From Squalus acanthias (taxonomy: Eukaryota), in NCBI GenBank assembly GCA_030390025.1, contig CM059425.1, forward strand, positions 170,936,001-171,000,000: DNA of 64,000 nt. Direction: 5' to 3'. Under the pieces are notes generated by a model, which ran no database searches, was not told the DNA's origin, and saw only the letters and a list, made by a program, of their open reading frames with translations. This document shows positions 12,403 to 24,249 of the stretch, one piece after another. The number at the start of each line of letters is the position of its first letter. The first letter of the stretch is position 1. The position numbers and the translations under genes are program-made.

Positions 12403-12796
12403 TAAGAGTCTTAAAAGTTGGGCCTACCTTTATCTCCGGCCGCTTCTCTCACTCTCTTCGTTAAAGTCTTTATTCACACGATTATTTATAGTTATGGTAA
12501 TTTGGTTATCTAGTTAAGTTGGAGAGAATAAAACGATAATACTCACCCACCAATCACCTACCTGCAGTCCTGCGCCGTCACTCCTTGATTTTGCTGTTCT
12601 TTTGGAATTCGCCGGGTTTGTATCGGCCGCCAATCCTTCCAGGTCCGCGCTGTCCTCGGGTCCCGCTCTGTTTAAGTACCGCCACCCCTGCTGCCGACTC
12701 CTTCCAGGATGTGTATGAACAGAGTTCAATAGCAGTAGGCAGCAGGAGCAGATATGTGGCAATGGTTATGTTAGTGAACTAATAATCCAGAAATCA

Positions 12797-13431
12797 TGAC
12801 CCCGATTTCAACTTACCCCCACCTGGCGGAAATCGGGCGGGTGGGCATTTAAAATGAGGGCAAAGATAAAGCCCCCTCTGATTCCGTTGCCTTCTAGCCG
12901 TGCCCCGATATTAACCTGATCTTCTGAGCAGGCGAGCAGGACACCCGCAGAAAGGCAGCAGAGTCCTTCTTTAAATATGCAGATCAGCTCACAATTATGT
13001 CATTGGGACCCGATCTACAATTTTAGTTGGAGGCCTGAGCGGTGGAGCAGTGACGGCTTCCCCATCAGGCCAGACCTGCCGGGAGGTTGATCGTGGACCA
13101 CAAACGACCCAGAGGGCCTTGGGCCTTCCTTGCCCGGGTTCCCACTGATCGTGCCCAGAGCTCCACCCCCTCACCACTTACCTGACTGCCAGAGACTGTT
13201 CCTGCGAGTTCCTGCCTATGGCCTCCTGCCGCTGAATTCCCGCTCCCACTCACCAGCCAGGTTGTTCGGGCGGGAATTGGAGGAAATCCATGTAAATGAG
13301 GCCGGCCATTAAAATCGACTGGGCCTCGATCTCTCACTTATGTCCAGGTGCGCTATCTGCTCTCATTCACACTGCTCCTGTTCCCCACCACCGCCCCCCC
13401 CCCACCCCACCCCCAATTAAAATCAGGGCCC
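12797..13431. mobile_element. Older Harbinger-like MITE inserted in a SINE head
   Basis: Imperfect TIR tgaccccgatttcaa / ttaaaatcagggccc; flanks 12756-12796 and 13432-13450 rejoin into a head like that of the SINE at 61692. Confidence 0.6.
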
Positions 13432-13734
13432 ATAAGTTCAATTCCCACAAATTCAAAACATAAATGTATTTTATGGTCATATAACTGCAGCCCCTTTACA
13501 AAGAGAGCTGGGGTTTCTGGGGAGGGGAACCCAGCAAACCGCCTCCTCCCAGAACCAGCAAGTTGTGTTAGAATGTCTGGCCTGTGAGTCATGGCTGGTG
13601 CCCTAGATGCACCCCAGTGGTAGGGGCACGCACCATTCACATATAAAGTAGGAAACCTCCCCCTGACCCCACAAGCTTATGCTGAAACGCACAAACTTTC
13701 AGCCTCTGCGACTCCGACTGTTTTCATAACCTTT

Positions 13735-13940
13735 CACTATCGCAGTGAGCTTTAACAGAGTATCTCATACTGTGGGCATCATGGTTGACCCAACCCTGTC
13801 CTTACCCAAAATCCACAGACATGCACCCTACAACAAGGGTCACCGATCAGCAATCAAGAGCAGGAATATAACCAATTCTCTCCTGTCCAGCCCAAGCACA
13901 TTGAGACATATTGGAGCACACCAACCATTGCCCCAGGTGA
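13735..13940 (-). mobile_element. Degraded SINE body fragment related to 27722-28042
   Basis: Loose similarity by eye (cagtgag...acag, tccaca, ...aattctc, cattg...ca...ttg) to the element at 27.7-28.0 kb. Confidence 0.45.
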
Positions 13941-14446
13941 GCTCTGAAGGACACATTTACTTTGGCCTCATTAAAAAAAAAGTCTGATAATAGTTAACTT
14001 TGGAAATAGGTAACGAGTGCAATAGTCTGTTAGCCTCAGGCGCTCATAAATTCTGATCCCTGTTGGGTAGTTTTCATCGCAATCAGTTTGTTTCTCCTCA
14101 GTTCAGCTGCAGCATCTGGTTACACAGGGAAGTAATTAAAGTCAATTCTTAAATGTACAGAAAACAAATTGGACTCATATCTACTCAGACCTACCATGAT
14201 GCATATGTACAGAAAGGTTCATTTAAACTGATACAAAAGGGGGGGAAAAATAATTCTTTGACTGTCCACCACAACTTAACTTGCATAAAATCAGTGCACA
14301 CTGATACTGTTGGGTGTTTTGTACCTCCATAATTTTACTGTGGTTAAACATTCCAGCAGAAAGTCAGCCAAGTGGCTCAATGCACTGTCCAATGCCAGAC
14401 CAAGCACTCATTTAGCAGGATCTGCTACAGCCTCGGAGTAGTCATA

Positions 14447-15134
14447 GGGCTAAAAATTGAGTAGCGCCGCTAACTTCACCGGGGCGCTTCTTTCAGCACC
14501 CCGGAAAAATTAGCATTCCCGTGCCGGAAATTGAGTGGTTGCGCCCCAAGAGGGAAACGCCCCGCATCCCACTTGGGGTGCTGCGAGTCAATATCACGGC
14601 GCTATGTGCTGCGGTATTGCAGGCCTTCCTCCCCTTCTTAAAGGGGAGGGGTCTTGCGCAGCGCGATCTGGGGCCCAGCTGGGCCCCCGGGGATCAGGAG
14701 TGCCGGCAAAAGAGCCCGGCACTCAAGAGAAGTGCCGGGCTCTTGGAGCGCAACCGGCACTCCGCGGGGGGGGGGGGGGGGGCGTTTAGGGGGCCGGGGA
14801 CGGGAGCGCAGGCAGGTGCTGGCAGGTGGCCAGTAACAAAAATGGCCGCCCCGCACCTCACCTTTAAATTGCGCTTCACCGTCCGGCGGTAAGTCAGGGG
14901 GCGCACTCAAAGATCGCAGCCGGGGCATAAGCGGGGCGTAAGCGGGGCGCTGCGCATGGCGATGACGTCATCGCCGGCGGCGCAGCGCCACAGGGCGCTA
15001 CCGGTTAGCGCCGCTGCTAACCTCCCGCGGAACTTCGCGGGAGACGTGGGCACCGCCGTGCCCGGGCACTAGTTGCTTTGCGCCAAGTTATTAGGGCGCT
15101 AACGGGAGGCGCAAAGCAACCCAATTTTTCCCCC
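14447..15134. mobile_element. Harbinger-type MITE, family X
   Basis: TIR gggctaaaaattg / caatttttccccc, 3-bp TSD ATA, GC-rich subterminal gcgc repeats. Confidence 0.85.
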
Positions 15135-15145
15135 ATAGAGTCATA

Positions 15146-16034
15146 GGGGGAGAAATTCAGTATCGCCCCATTTGGGGCACAATTATCAGCCGGGCGCAAA
15201 GATTAGCGCCTGGCGCTAATTATCGCCTCCGACTGCAAACTTGACTTTTATCGCCCCTGGAGGTGATTGGAGCGCTAAATCAGGCACTTCACACCTGTCT
15301 TAAGGCGCAAAGGCCGAAGAGCGAGGCGCTACCTCAGAGCGCTGGCGAAGCTCATGTGATGTCAGTCAGCAATGGAACACACACACAATGGCGCGGGCCA
15401 GTTCTTAAAGGGGAGGGTTGATCTTGCTTTCCATCCACATCCTGCTCATTGCAGCCTTGAATCTCGGCCTGGAGAGACCTGTACATCAAATCTGCTGGAA
15501 AGAACAATGGAGAGTACCAGGGAAAGAGCTCAGAGTGCAGCCCCCACAGTCTCTTCTAAATCGATACAAGGAAGGGCAACTCAAAATGAACCTGCAAAGT
15601 GCTGCTCAGTACCCAAAATTCCTTCACACAGCGTTGAATCTCTCCAGAAGTCTCTCTCTCTCTCAGAATGCGTGGTTCAAAAATGTCACCAACAATAAAA
15701 GGCAGTAAGCAGTCGCCTTTAAATAGCGCTCCCCCAGTCCCTTCCTGACTGCAAAACACTCCCCTCAACCTGTCGTTGCTAGCGGCAGGCGGTAAGGCAG
15801 GGGGCGCCACTCAATATCCGCTCCGGGGCGATACCGGGGCGTTGCACACTTGACTGACGTCACGATCTGCCGGCGCAGGAGATCGTGGCGGTAGTGTTTA
15901 GCGCCGCCGCAAAATGTCTAGTTAATTTCGCGTGCGGCGCAAACATCGCCGCGCCCGGGCGCTAGCTGCTTTGCGCCCCATTAGCGCCCTCTTAAGGCGC
16001 TAACGGAAGGCGCAACCAACTGAATTTTTCCCCC
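15146..16034. mobile_element. Harbinger-type MITE, family Y copy 1
   Basis: TIR gggggagaaattcag / ctgaatttttccccc, TSD ATA; homologous to 25604 and 26772. Confidence 0.9.
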
Positions 16035-16974
16035 ATAGAGTCATAACAGCACAGAAGGAGGCCATTCGGCCCATCAAATCCGTGCCGGCTCTCTGTAGAG
16101 CAATCCAGTCAGTCCCATTCCCCCGCTCTATCCAGGTAGCCCTGCAAGTTTATTTCGCTCAAGTGCCTATCCAGTCTCCCCTTGAAAACATTGAGTGTCT
16201 CCGTTTCCATCACTTTCGTCGGCAGTGAGTTCCAGGTCCTCACCATCTCCCAGCCTCCAGTCTGAAAAATAGCCATTTACCACAACTCGCTGTTTTCTGT
16301 CCTTAAGCCAATTCCTTATCCAAGCTGCCACTGACCCATCTATTCCATGAGCCTCAATTTTGTTAACCAGTCTTCTATGTGGTACTTTGTCAAACGCCTT
16401 CCAAAAATCCATGCAGACAACATCCATTGCATTCCCTTCATCAATCCACCCTGTTACTTCATCAAAAAATTCAATTAGATTGGTCAAACACGATCTGCCT
16501 TTTACAAATCCGTGTTGGCTCTTCTTAATTAGTTTAAACCTCTCCAAGTGCCGTTAATTTTTTACTTGATAATTGTTTCTAAAACTTTACCCACCACTGA
16601 TGTTAAACTGACCGGCCTGTAGTTACTAGGATTGTCCTTACACCCTTTCTTGAACAATGGTGTCACATTTGCCACTTTCCAATTCTCAGGCACCTCCCCC
16701 GCATCTAGGGAAGATTGGAAAATTATGGCAAGCCCTTCCGCTATCTCCTTCCCCAATTCCGTTAGCAACCTGGGATGCAAGCCATCTGGACCAGGCGACT
16801 TATCCACTCTAAGCATACCCAGCCTTTTTAGTACATCCTGTCTATCAATTCTCACCCCTTCCATTGCTTCTACCTTTTCCACTTCTACCGATATTTTGTC
16901 AGCATCCACCTCCTTAGTAAACACCGATACAAAGTACTCATTGAGTATTCTAGCCTTGCCCTGCGCCTCTAAGC

Positions 16975-19412
16975 AATGAGTGACCATAACATGGTTGAAT
17001 TCCATATTCAATTAGAGGGTGAGAAGGTTGGATCTCAAACAAGCGTGCTAAGCTTGAATAAAGGAGACTATGAAGGTATGCGAGCGGAATTGAGTAGAGT
17101 GGATTGGGAAAATAGATTAAAGGGTAAGACGACACATGATCAGTGGTGTACATTCAAGGAGTTATTTTACAACTTCCAAAAAAAATATATTCCACTGAAA
17201 AGAAAAGGGTGTAAAAGAAAGGACAGTCATCCGTGGCTAAGTAAAGAAATTAAGGATAGTATTCGACTAAAAACAAGGGCATATAAGGTAGCGAAATCTA
17301 GTGGGAGGACAGAGGATTGGGAAAACTTTAAAAGGCAGCAAAAAATAACAAAAAGATTGATTAAGAAAGGGAAGATAGATTATGAAAGTAAATTAGCAAA
17401 AAATATAAAAACAGATAGTAAGAGTTTTTATAGTTATATAAAAAGAAAAAGGGTGGCTAAAGTAAATGTTGGTCCCTTAGAGGATGAGACCGGGAAATTA
17501 ATGGTGGGAAATATGGAGATGGCAAAAACACTGAATGAATATTTTGTATCAGTCTTTACAGTAGAGGACACTAAGAATATCCCAACACTGGACAAACAGG
17601 GGGCTATAGGGGGAGAGGAGCTAAACACGATCAAAATCACTAAGGAAGTGGTACTCGGTAAAATAATGGGACTCAAGGCGGATAAATCACCTGGACCTGA
17701 TGGCTTACATCCTAGAGTCTTGAAGGAAGTGGCGGTAGGGATTGTAGATGCATTGGTAATAATTTTTCAAAACTCCCTGGATTCCGCTAAGGTCCCGGCA
17801 GACTGGAAAACTGCTAATGTAACACCCTTATTTAAAAAGGGCAGTAGACAGAAGGCTGGTAACTATAGACCGGTTAGCCTAACATCTGTGGTAGGTAAAA
17901 TTTTGGAGTCCATTATTAAGGAAACAGTAACAGGACATTTGGATAATCATAATTTAATAGGACAAAGTCAGCATGGTTTTACGAAGGGGAAGTCATGTTT
18001 GACAAATTTGCTGGAGTTCTTTGAGGAAGTAACATATAGAGTGGATAAAGGGGAACCAGTGGACGTAGTGTATTTAGACTTCCAAAAGGCATTTGACAAG
18101 GTGCCACACAAAAGATTATTGCTTAAGGTAAAAAATCACGGGATTGGGGGTAATATTCTGGCATGGATAGAGGATTGGCTATCTAACAGAAAGCAAAGAG
18201 TTGGGATAAATGGTTCATTCTCAGACTGGCAATCAGTAACTAGTGGTGTTCCACAGGGGTCAGTGCTGGGTCCCCAACTCTTCACAATCTATATTAACGA
18301 TTTGGAGGAAGGGACCAAGTGTAACATATCAAAATTTGCAGATGATACAAAGATGGGAGGGAAAGTAGTGAGTGAGGAGGACATAAAAAACCTGCAAGGG
18401 GACATAGACAGGCTACGTAAGTGGGCAGAGATTTGGCAGATGGAATACAACACTGGAAAGTGTGAGGTGATGCACTTTGGCAGGAAAAATCCTAGAGCAA
18501 TTTATTATCTTAATGGCAAGAAACTGGAGAGTACTGAAGTGCAAAGGGATCTGGGGGTCCTGGTGCACGAAACTCAAAAGGTTAGTATGCAGGTGCAGCA
18601 AGTGATTAAGAAGGCAAATGGAATGTTGGCTTTCATTGCTAGGGGGATAGAATATAAAAATAGGGAGGTATTGCTTCAGTTGTACAAGGTATTGGTGAGA
18701 CCGCACCTGGAATACTGCATACAGTTTTGGTGTCCTTACTTAAGGAAAGACATCCTTGCTCTCGAGGCAGTGCAAAAAAGGTTCACTCGGTTAATCCCGG
18801 GGATGAGGGGGTGGTCATATGAGGAGAGGTTGGGTAGATTGGGACTCTACTCATTGGAGTTCAGAAGAATGAGAGGCGATCTTATTGAAACATATAAGAT
18901 TGTGAAGGGGTTGGATCGGGTGGATGCGGGGAGGATGTTCCCGATGACGGGTGAGACGAGAACTAGGGGACATAGTCTTAGAATAAGGGGCTGCTCTTTC
19001 AAAACTGAGATGAGGAGGAACTACTTCACTCAGAGGGTGGTAGGTCCATGGAATATGCTGCCACAAAAAGCTGTAGAAGCTACAACATTAATTAAATTTA
19101 AAACAGAAATAGACAGTTTCCTAGAAGTAAAGGGCATTAAGGGTTACGGGGAGCGGGCAGGAATTTGGACATGAGTCTAGGTTCGGATCGGTCATGGCCC
19201 TGTGGGTAGTGGAGCGGGCCCAGGGACTGTGTAGCCTGATTCTGCTCCTATTTCGTGTGTGCAATTCTGTTAGATGCAGGAGATGGTTCTGTGATAGATA
19301 GTAGATTGGCGGTTAGGATCAGATCAGCCATGATCTTATTGAATGGCGGAGCAGGCTCGAGGGGCCGATTGGCCTACTCCTGCTCCTATTTCTTATGTTC
19401 TTATGTTCTTAT
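16975..19412 (+). mobile_element. CR1 family C copy 2, 5'-truncated, inserted antisense in ORF2 of D
   Basis: Almost identical to the reverse complement of 8175-10621; ends in (ttcttatg)n. Confidence 0.95.
16976..19174 (+). pseudogene. 5'-truncated but open ORF2 (RT intact, endonuclease lost), 732 aa
   Basis: Matches C1 ORF2 from MSDHN onward; only difference seen is LSKW vs LRKW. Confidence 0.9.
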
Positions 19413-20705
19413 CACCTTCTTTGTCCCTAATAGGCCCCACCCAGCCTCTTACTACCCACTTACTGTTTACATGCCGGTAGAAGATTTATGTTAACCGCCA
19501 TTCTACTCTCACATTCTCTCTTTGCCAATCTTATTTTCATCTTCACTTCTCCTCTCAACTTATTGTATTTGGCCTGGTTCTCCCTTGAAAAATTCACCTG
19601 ACATTCATCATACAGCCTCTTTTTTTGGTTTATCATCTTCTCAATCTCCCTCGTCATCCAAGGAGCCCTTGCTTTGGTTCCCTTACCCTTCCCTCTTGTT
19701 GGAATGTACCTAGCTTGTACTTGGAACATCTCCTCCTTAAAGATCACCCATTGTTCCATTACAGTTTTTCCTGTCAGTCTTTGGTTCCATTTTACCCTGG
19801 CTAGATCCTTTCGCATCCCATTAGAAGTTAGCCCTATTCCAATTTAGAAGTTCCACTCTAGATTGTTCCTTGCTCCTCTCCATTGCTAATCTAAATCTTA
19901 TGATACGATGATCACTCGTACCCAAGTGTTCTCCCACAGACACTTGGTCGACCTGGCCCATCTCATTCCCCAGCACCAGATCCAGCAATGCCTCCTTCCT
20001 AGTTGGGCCAAGAACATACTGGTCAAGGAAATTCTCATGGACACATTTCAGAAATTCCTCCCCCTCCTTTCCCTTTACCCTAGCATTATCCCAATCGATA
20101 TTTGGGTAATTAAAGTCCCCTAATATCACCACTCTATAGCTCTTGCATATCTCTGCGATTTCCCTGCAGATTTGCTCCTCTACCTCCCTCTCACTATTTG
20201 GAGGCCTATAGAATACCCCCAATAGCGTGATCATACCCTTTTTGCTCCTCGACTCTAACCAAATGGATTCTATCCTTGTCCCTTCAAGAACATCCTCCCT
20301 TTCCAACACTGCAATGTCTTCCTTATTCAGCACTGCCACCCCACCTCCCTTTTCTCCTTCCTATCTTTTCTGAACACTTTGTGCCCTTGAATATTAAGTG
20401 TCCAGTCCTCACTGTTTTTAAGCCACGTTTCCGTTATTGCCACAACATTATATTGCCACACGGCTAATTGTGCTTGTAGCTCACCAACCTTATTCACCAC
20501 ACTTTGTGCCTTTATGTACATACATTCTAAACCCATTTTTTAAATTTTCATAGTCTTTCTTAGTCTGCTCCTATCTAATGTGGTACTACTTCTGCCTCCA
20601 GCACTACCTTCCCCTCCAGTACCATCCAACACACTCACTCTTCCATTCACCCCATTCCTCCCCTCCACTCCTACATGCTGGTGCCCATCCCCCTGCCAAG
20701 CTAGT

Positions 20706-21645
20706 TTAAACCCTCCCCAACAGCACTAGCAAACCTCCCCTCGAGATATTGGTCCCGACTCTGTTGAGGGGTAACCTGTCTGGCTTGTACAGGTCCCACC
20801 TTCCCCAGAAATGGTCCCAATGCCTCAGGAATCTAAAGCCCTCCCTCCTGCACCATCTCTCCAGCCACGCATTCATCTGTTCTATCCTCCTATTCCTGTG
20901 CTCACTAGCACGTGGCACCAGGAGTAATCCGGAGATTACTACCTTTGAGGTCCTGCTTTTTAATCTCTTTCCTAGCTCCCTATGGTCTGCCTGCAGGACC
21001 TCATCCCTCTTTCTGCCTATGTCATTGGTACCGATATGGACAACGACCTCTGGCTGTTCACCCTCCCCCCTCATAGTGTCCTGCAGCCGCTCAGTGACAT
21101 TCTTGACCCTGGCACCAGGGAGGCAACATACCATCCTGGAGTCATGTCTGCATCCACAGAAACGCCTATCTGTTCCCCTAACCAATGAATCCCCTACCAC
21201 TATTGCTCTTCCACTCTTCTTCCTCCCCCCCTGTGCAGCTGAGCCACTCGTGGTGCCGTGGCCTTGGCTCTGGCTGCTCTCCCCAGAGGAGCCATCACCC
21301 CCACCATGTTCCAGAACTGTGAACCGGTTCGCGAGTGAGATGCACTCTGGGGATTCCTGCCCTGCCTGCCTGGTCCTCCTTCTCTGTCTGGCGGTCACCC
21401 ATTCCCTCTCTGCCTGCACATTCTGAGGCTGCAGGATGACCACGTCTAGAAACGTGCTTTCCAAGTATTTCTCAGCCTCGCGGATGTACTGTAGTGACTC
21501 CAGCTGCCGCTCAAGCTCCGAATCCCGGAGCTCGAGTTGCTGCAGTTGGTGACACTTCCTGCACACGTGGTCGTCCAGGCCGCAAGAAGCGTCCAGGATT
21601 TCCCACATGGCACAGGATGTGCAAATCACGGGACTGAGCTGCCAT
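20706..21645 (-). pseudogene. ORF1 (Zn-finger/esterase) of element D with terminal frameshifts
   Basis: CTSC...HVCRKC, GDS, PGA, HIGTND; original ATG at 21645 is out of frame; DGLH altered to DRLP. Confidence 0.85.
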
Positions 21646-22413
21646 GCCTCTATTTACCAGAATATGGAGGTAATTTAGCAGAAATAAACTTAACAAGAAC
21701 ACTCAACAGCTACCCACCAATCAGCACTTCCCTCGATTAGATAGGCTATGATCTACTTAGCAGAAATATACTGAAAACAGAACAAAAAAAACATACCACA
21801 AATACTCACCCTATACTCAGCTCTCAGCTCCCTTGTGCCAGCGACACCTCTGCATTCTGACTGTCACTCCTCTGTTGTGTCGCTTGCCGACTGTCTCCCT
21901 CGCAGGTAGTCCGCTCGCTCAGACTCCCAGGTCTCTGCTCCGCGCTGCCTTTATCCTTGGTCTCTGACTCCGTTCCTCCCGCAGGTCCGATCCCTCAGGT
22001 GGTACTCTCATCATCGTACTTTCGTTAAAATATCTGCCAGTTGATTTTTCTCTGGCCGTGTCAGTGCGACATCCAACTAATTGTGGCCACAGCATTAACA
22101 GTCCCGTCTACATCTTCCTATGTCCTCCACAAATATGCCTTCACCTTCAGTGCCTTCTATCCATTCACACCCAAAGTTCTAATACGAACTCCCAGCATGC
22201 AAAACTCGTTCAAGAATGTTAAAGATAAAAATGTACTCCTTTGTACTTTCATCTGTGTTCAAATCCTATCCAAACTTACAACACTAAAGTTGCCTCTTTC
22301 TGATGCTTGTAAGGGCCTTTGATGATATAATTCTGAAGTAGTCTCAGTCCAGTTCTTACTGGTAGTCAGTCCACAGCACAAAACTGCCAATAATTTGGCA
22401 CTAATTGGCAATA

Positions 22414-22965
22414 GGGCAGATTTCACACCGCCCCCACCGCCCCCACCCCCAGAGCCTTGCAGGAAATTACCAACAAGAAACCCGGTCCATTTTTAACATA
22501 AACCCGGTAGGCTTCAGGTGGAAAACGAGCACCCCAGGTAGTCCGCCAGCTCTGGGCCACTACAATATCGGGCGGCGCGGCCAGCCTCCGGGCCCTGACA
22601 AAGGTAGGTCGGGGGGGGGGGGGGGAGGGCCGTTCTCAGGAGGGGGAAACCTGGTGCAGCCCTTCAAAAATAAATAAAAACTTTCCTTCTGGACCACCAC
22701 TTTGCAGAGCGCCCATAGCTTGTGCTGCATCTAGTTGAGTCCTGAAATGGCAGCCAAGGTCCGACGTACATCATAGGACCCTGACTTGCATATTAAAGGC
22801 TCTACCGCCTGATTCAGATGGGCGTTCAAACTGACTAGCGGTAGACCCTTGGGAATATAGCGTTGGCCACACAATTGGCGGAAACGGGGCAGTAAGTCAT
22901 ACCCCACCATTTTCGGGACGTGACCTCCCTGTTTCCGCTGGGTGGGAGGCCTCAAAATCTCTCCC
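22414..22965. mobile_element. Harbinger-like MITE (older family)
   Basis: Imperfect TIR gggcagattt / aaatctctccc bounding a GC-rich island in AT-rich DNA; TSD not clean. Confidence 0.6.
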
Positions 22966-24249
22966 AGTAAGTTGCCAATATTACTCCGAGAGAATCGCTG
23001 GTGTGAGAATTGCAAAATGTATACTAGTGCAATGAATTCTCTTCTGAGGTTGGGAATCAAGGCATATCTTTGTAACAGATGGGAGAGAGTTTAACTCGCC
23101 TAAGACCAATGCTACACCTGACCTAGAAGTGCCACAAACTGACACGGGGTCAAAAAAAAGAAAAAAAAACACAATACCCACCAGAGGGTCCTGTCATTTA
23201 CAAATAAATAAAGCAGATTACTCATTTAACCTCCCATGCCTGCATCATTTACATTATGAGGCAGGTGCACATGGAACCACATATGTCAACTTTTGCACAA
23301 TCTCTCCTGACAGCACAGCAAACCACATAATAGCTGGAAACTAAGCAATTTTCTTCCTTGCCAACCAGAGCGTCAGTATATGTGCAGGTGACAGAAAAGG
23401 TCCAAAAATAACACAAAAATCCCACGCTATTTGTAAGTCTCATACGTGCTTTTGTTTGGGGACAAAGCCACACTGAGGTGAAGCAGTAAATGGAGATGTC
23501 TTTATAAATCTACCTCAGAAGAAGTATACATTCAACATACAAAAGGGGAACTATTGGATATAATTCGAAGCAATGAAATATTGAGACCAGAGGAAAGATT
23601 CTGTAGGTTCACACATAAATAGGCTTTCAGCAACAGGAATCTTATGAATTTATATTTTGGAGGCTTGAATATTTGTGCTCATTAGTGATGGAAGTTGGCC
23701 AGTATGAGGTATAGAATACGTTTCCATTTTTGATACAGAATGCCATAATCAAGCACTCACATGTTAGATATAGTATGGTTCTCCAACATTAAAAGGGACC
23801 CTTTTAAAAGGACGCTTGTGTGATATTCCACCCACCCTCTCCATTTTCCAAACCAGCTATCCTTACAGCATCTCTGAGTAAGATTACCAACTTCTATCAA
23901 ATTATTTGTGCTCCAGACTCGTGCCCACTAGAAACCGATCTGAAACTGCCCGGAATCATTTCAGATAGGGCCCGTTCTGCCAGCAGAGAGAAAAGGCTTT
24001 TCTCCGATCAGACTGAATTCAACCCCAAGCCCCAGAGCTGACAAACAGATAACAGAGATAGCACCAGAATGACATTTAGGAACTGACATTCTTCTCTTTG
24101 CTAATTTGAGCGGAAAGTTGACCATGTGCAAAAAGTGGTGTACTGTTGGTAGAAGCCATCAATAGACTGCTCATTTGTGCTTAGTGCTGTTTTGAGGGTT
24201 CCTACCACTCCAAAAATAGGAGTAAATATGTCCAGCGAATAGTGGGAAA

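Larger units (their letters stand above)
1..12710 (-). mobile_element. CR1 LINE element A, old and degenerate; interrupted by B (3322-7929), C1 (8175-11574) and a MITE remnant (11844-12402)
   Basis: CR1 3' UTR hairpin (ggccattcggcc) at 22-33; ORF2 fragments 115-2904; ORF1 pieces at 3001-3321, 7930-8174 and 11575-11843 rejoin collinearly when compared with element D ORF1; CR1-type 5' UTR motifs (accaatca, caggtccg) at 12404-12710. Confidence 0.85.
16035..22030 (-). mobile_element. CR1 LINE element D, degenerate, interrupted by C2; its (catagagt)n tail extends left to about 14441 through two MITE insertions
   Basis: 3' UTR at 16046-16165, ORF2 fragments 16167-16974 and 19413-20536, ORF1 20706-21645, 5' UTR to about 22030. 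Confidence 0.88.

Noticed and set aside
227..21426. Antisense ORFs overlapping LINE ORF1/ORF2 (e.g. 6389-6889, 20749-21426)
   Set aside because: Shadow frames of LINE coding sequence
23789..23807. Short palindrome ttaaaagggacccttttaa
   Set aside because: Low complexity, plausible by chance in 64 kb
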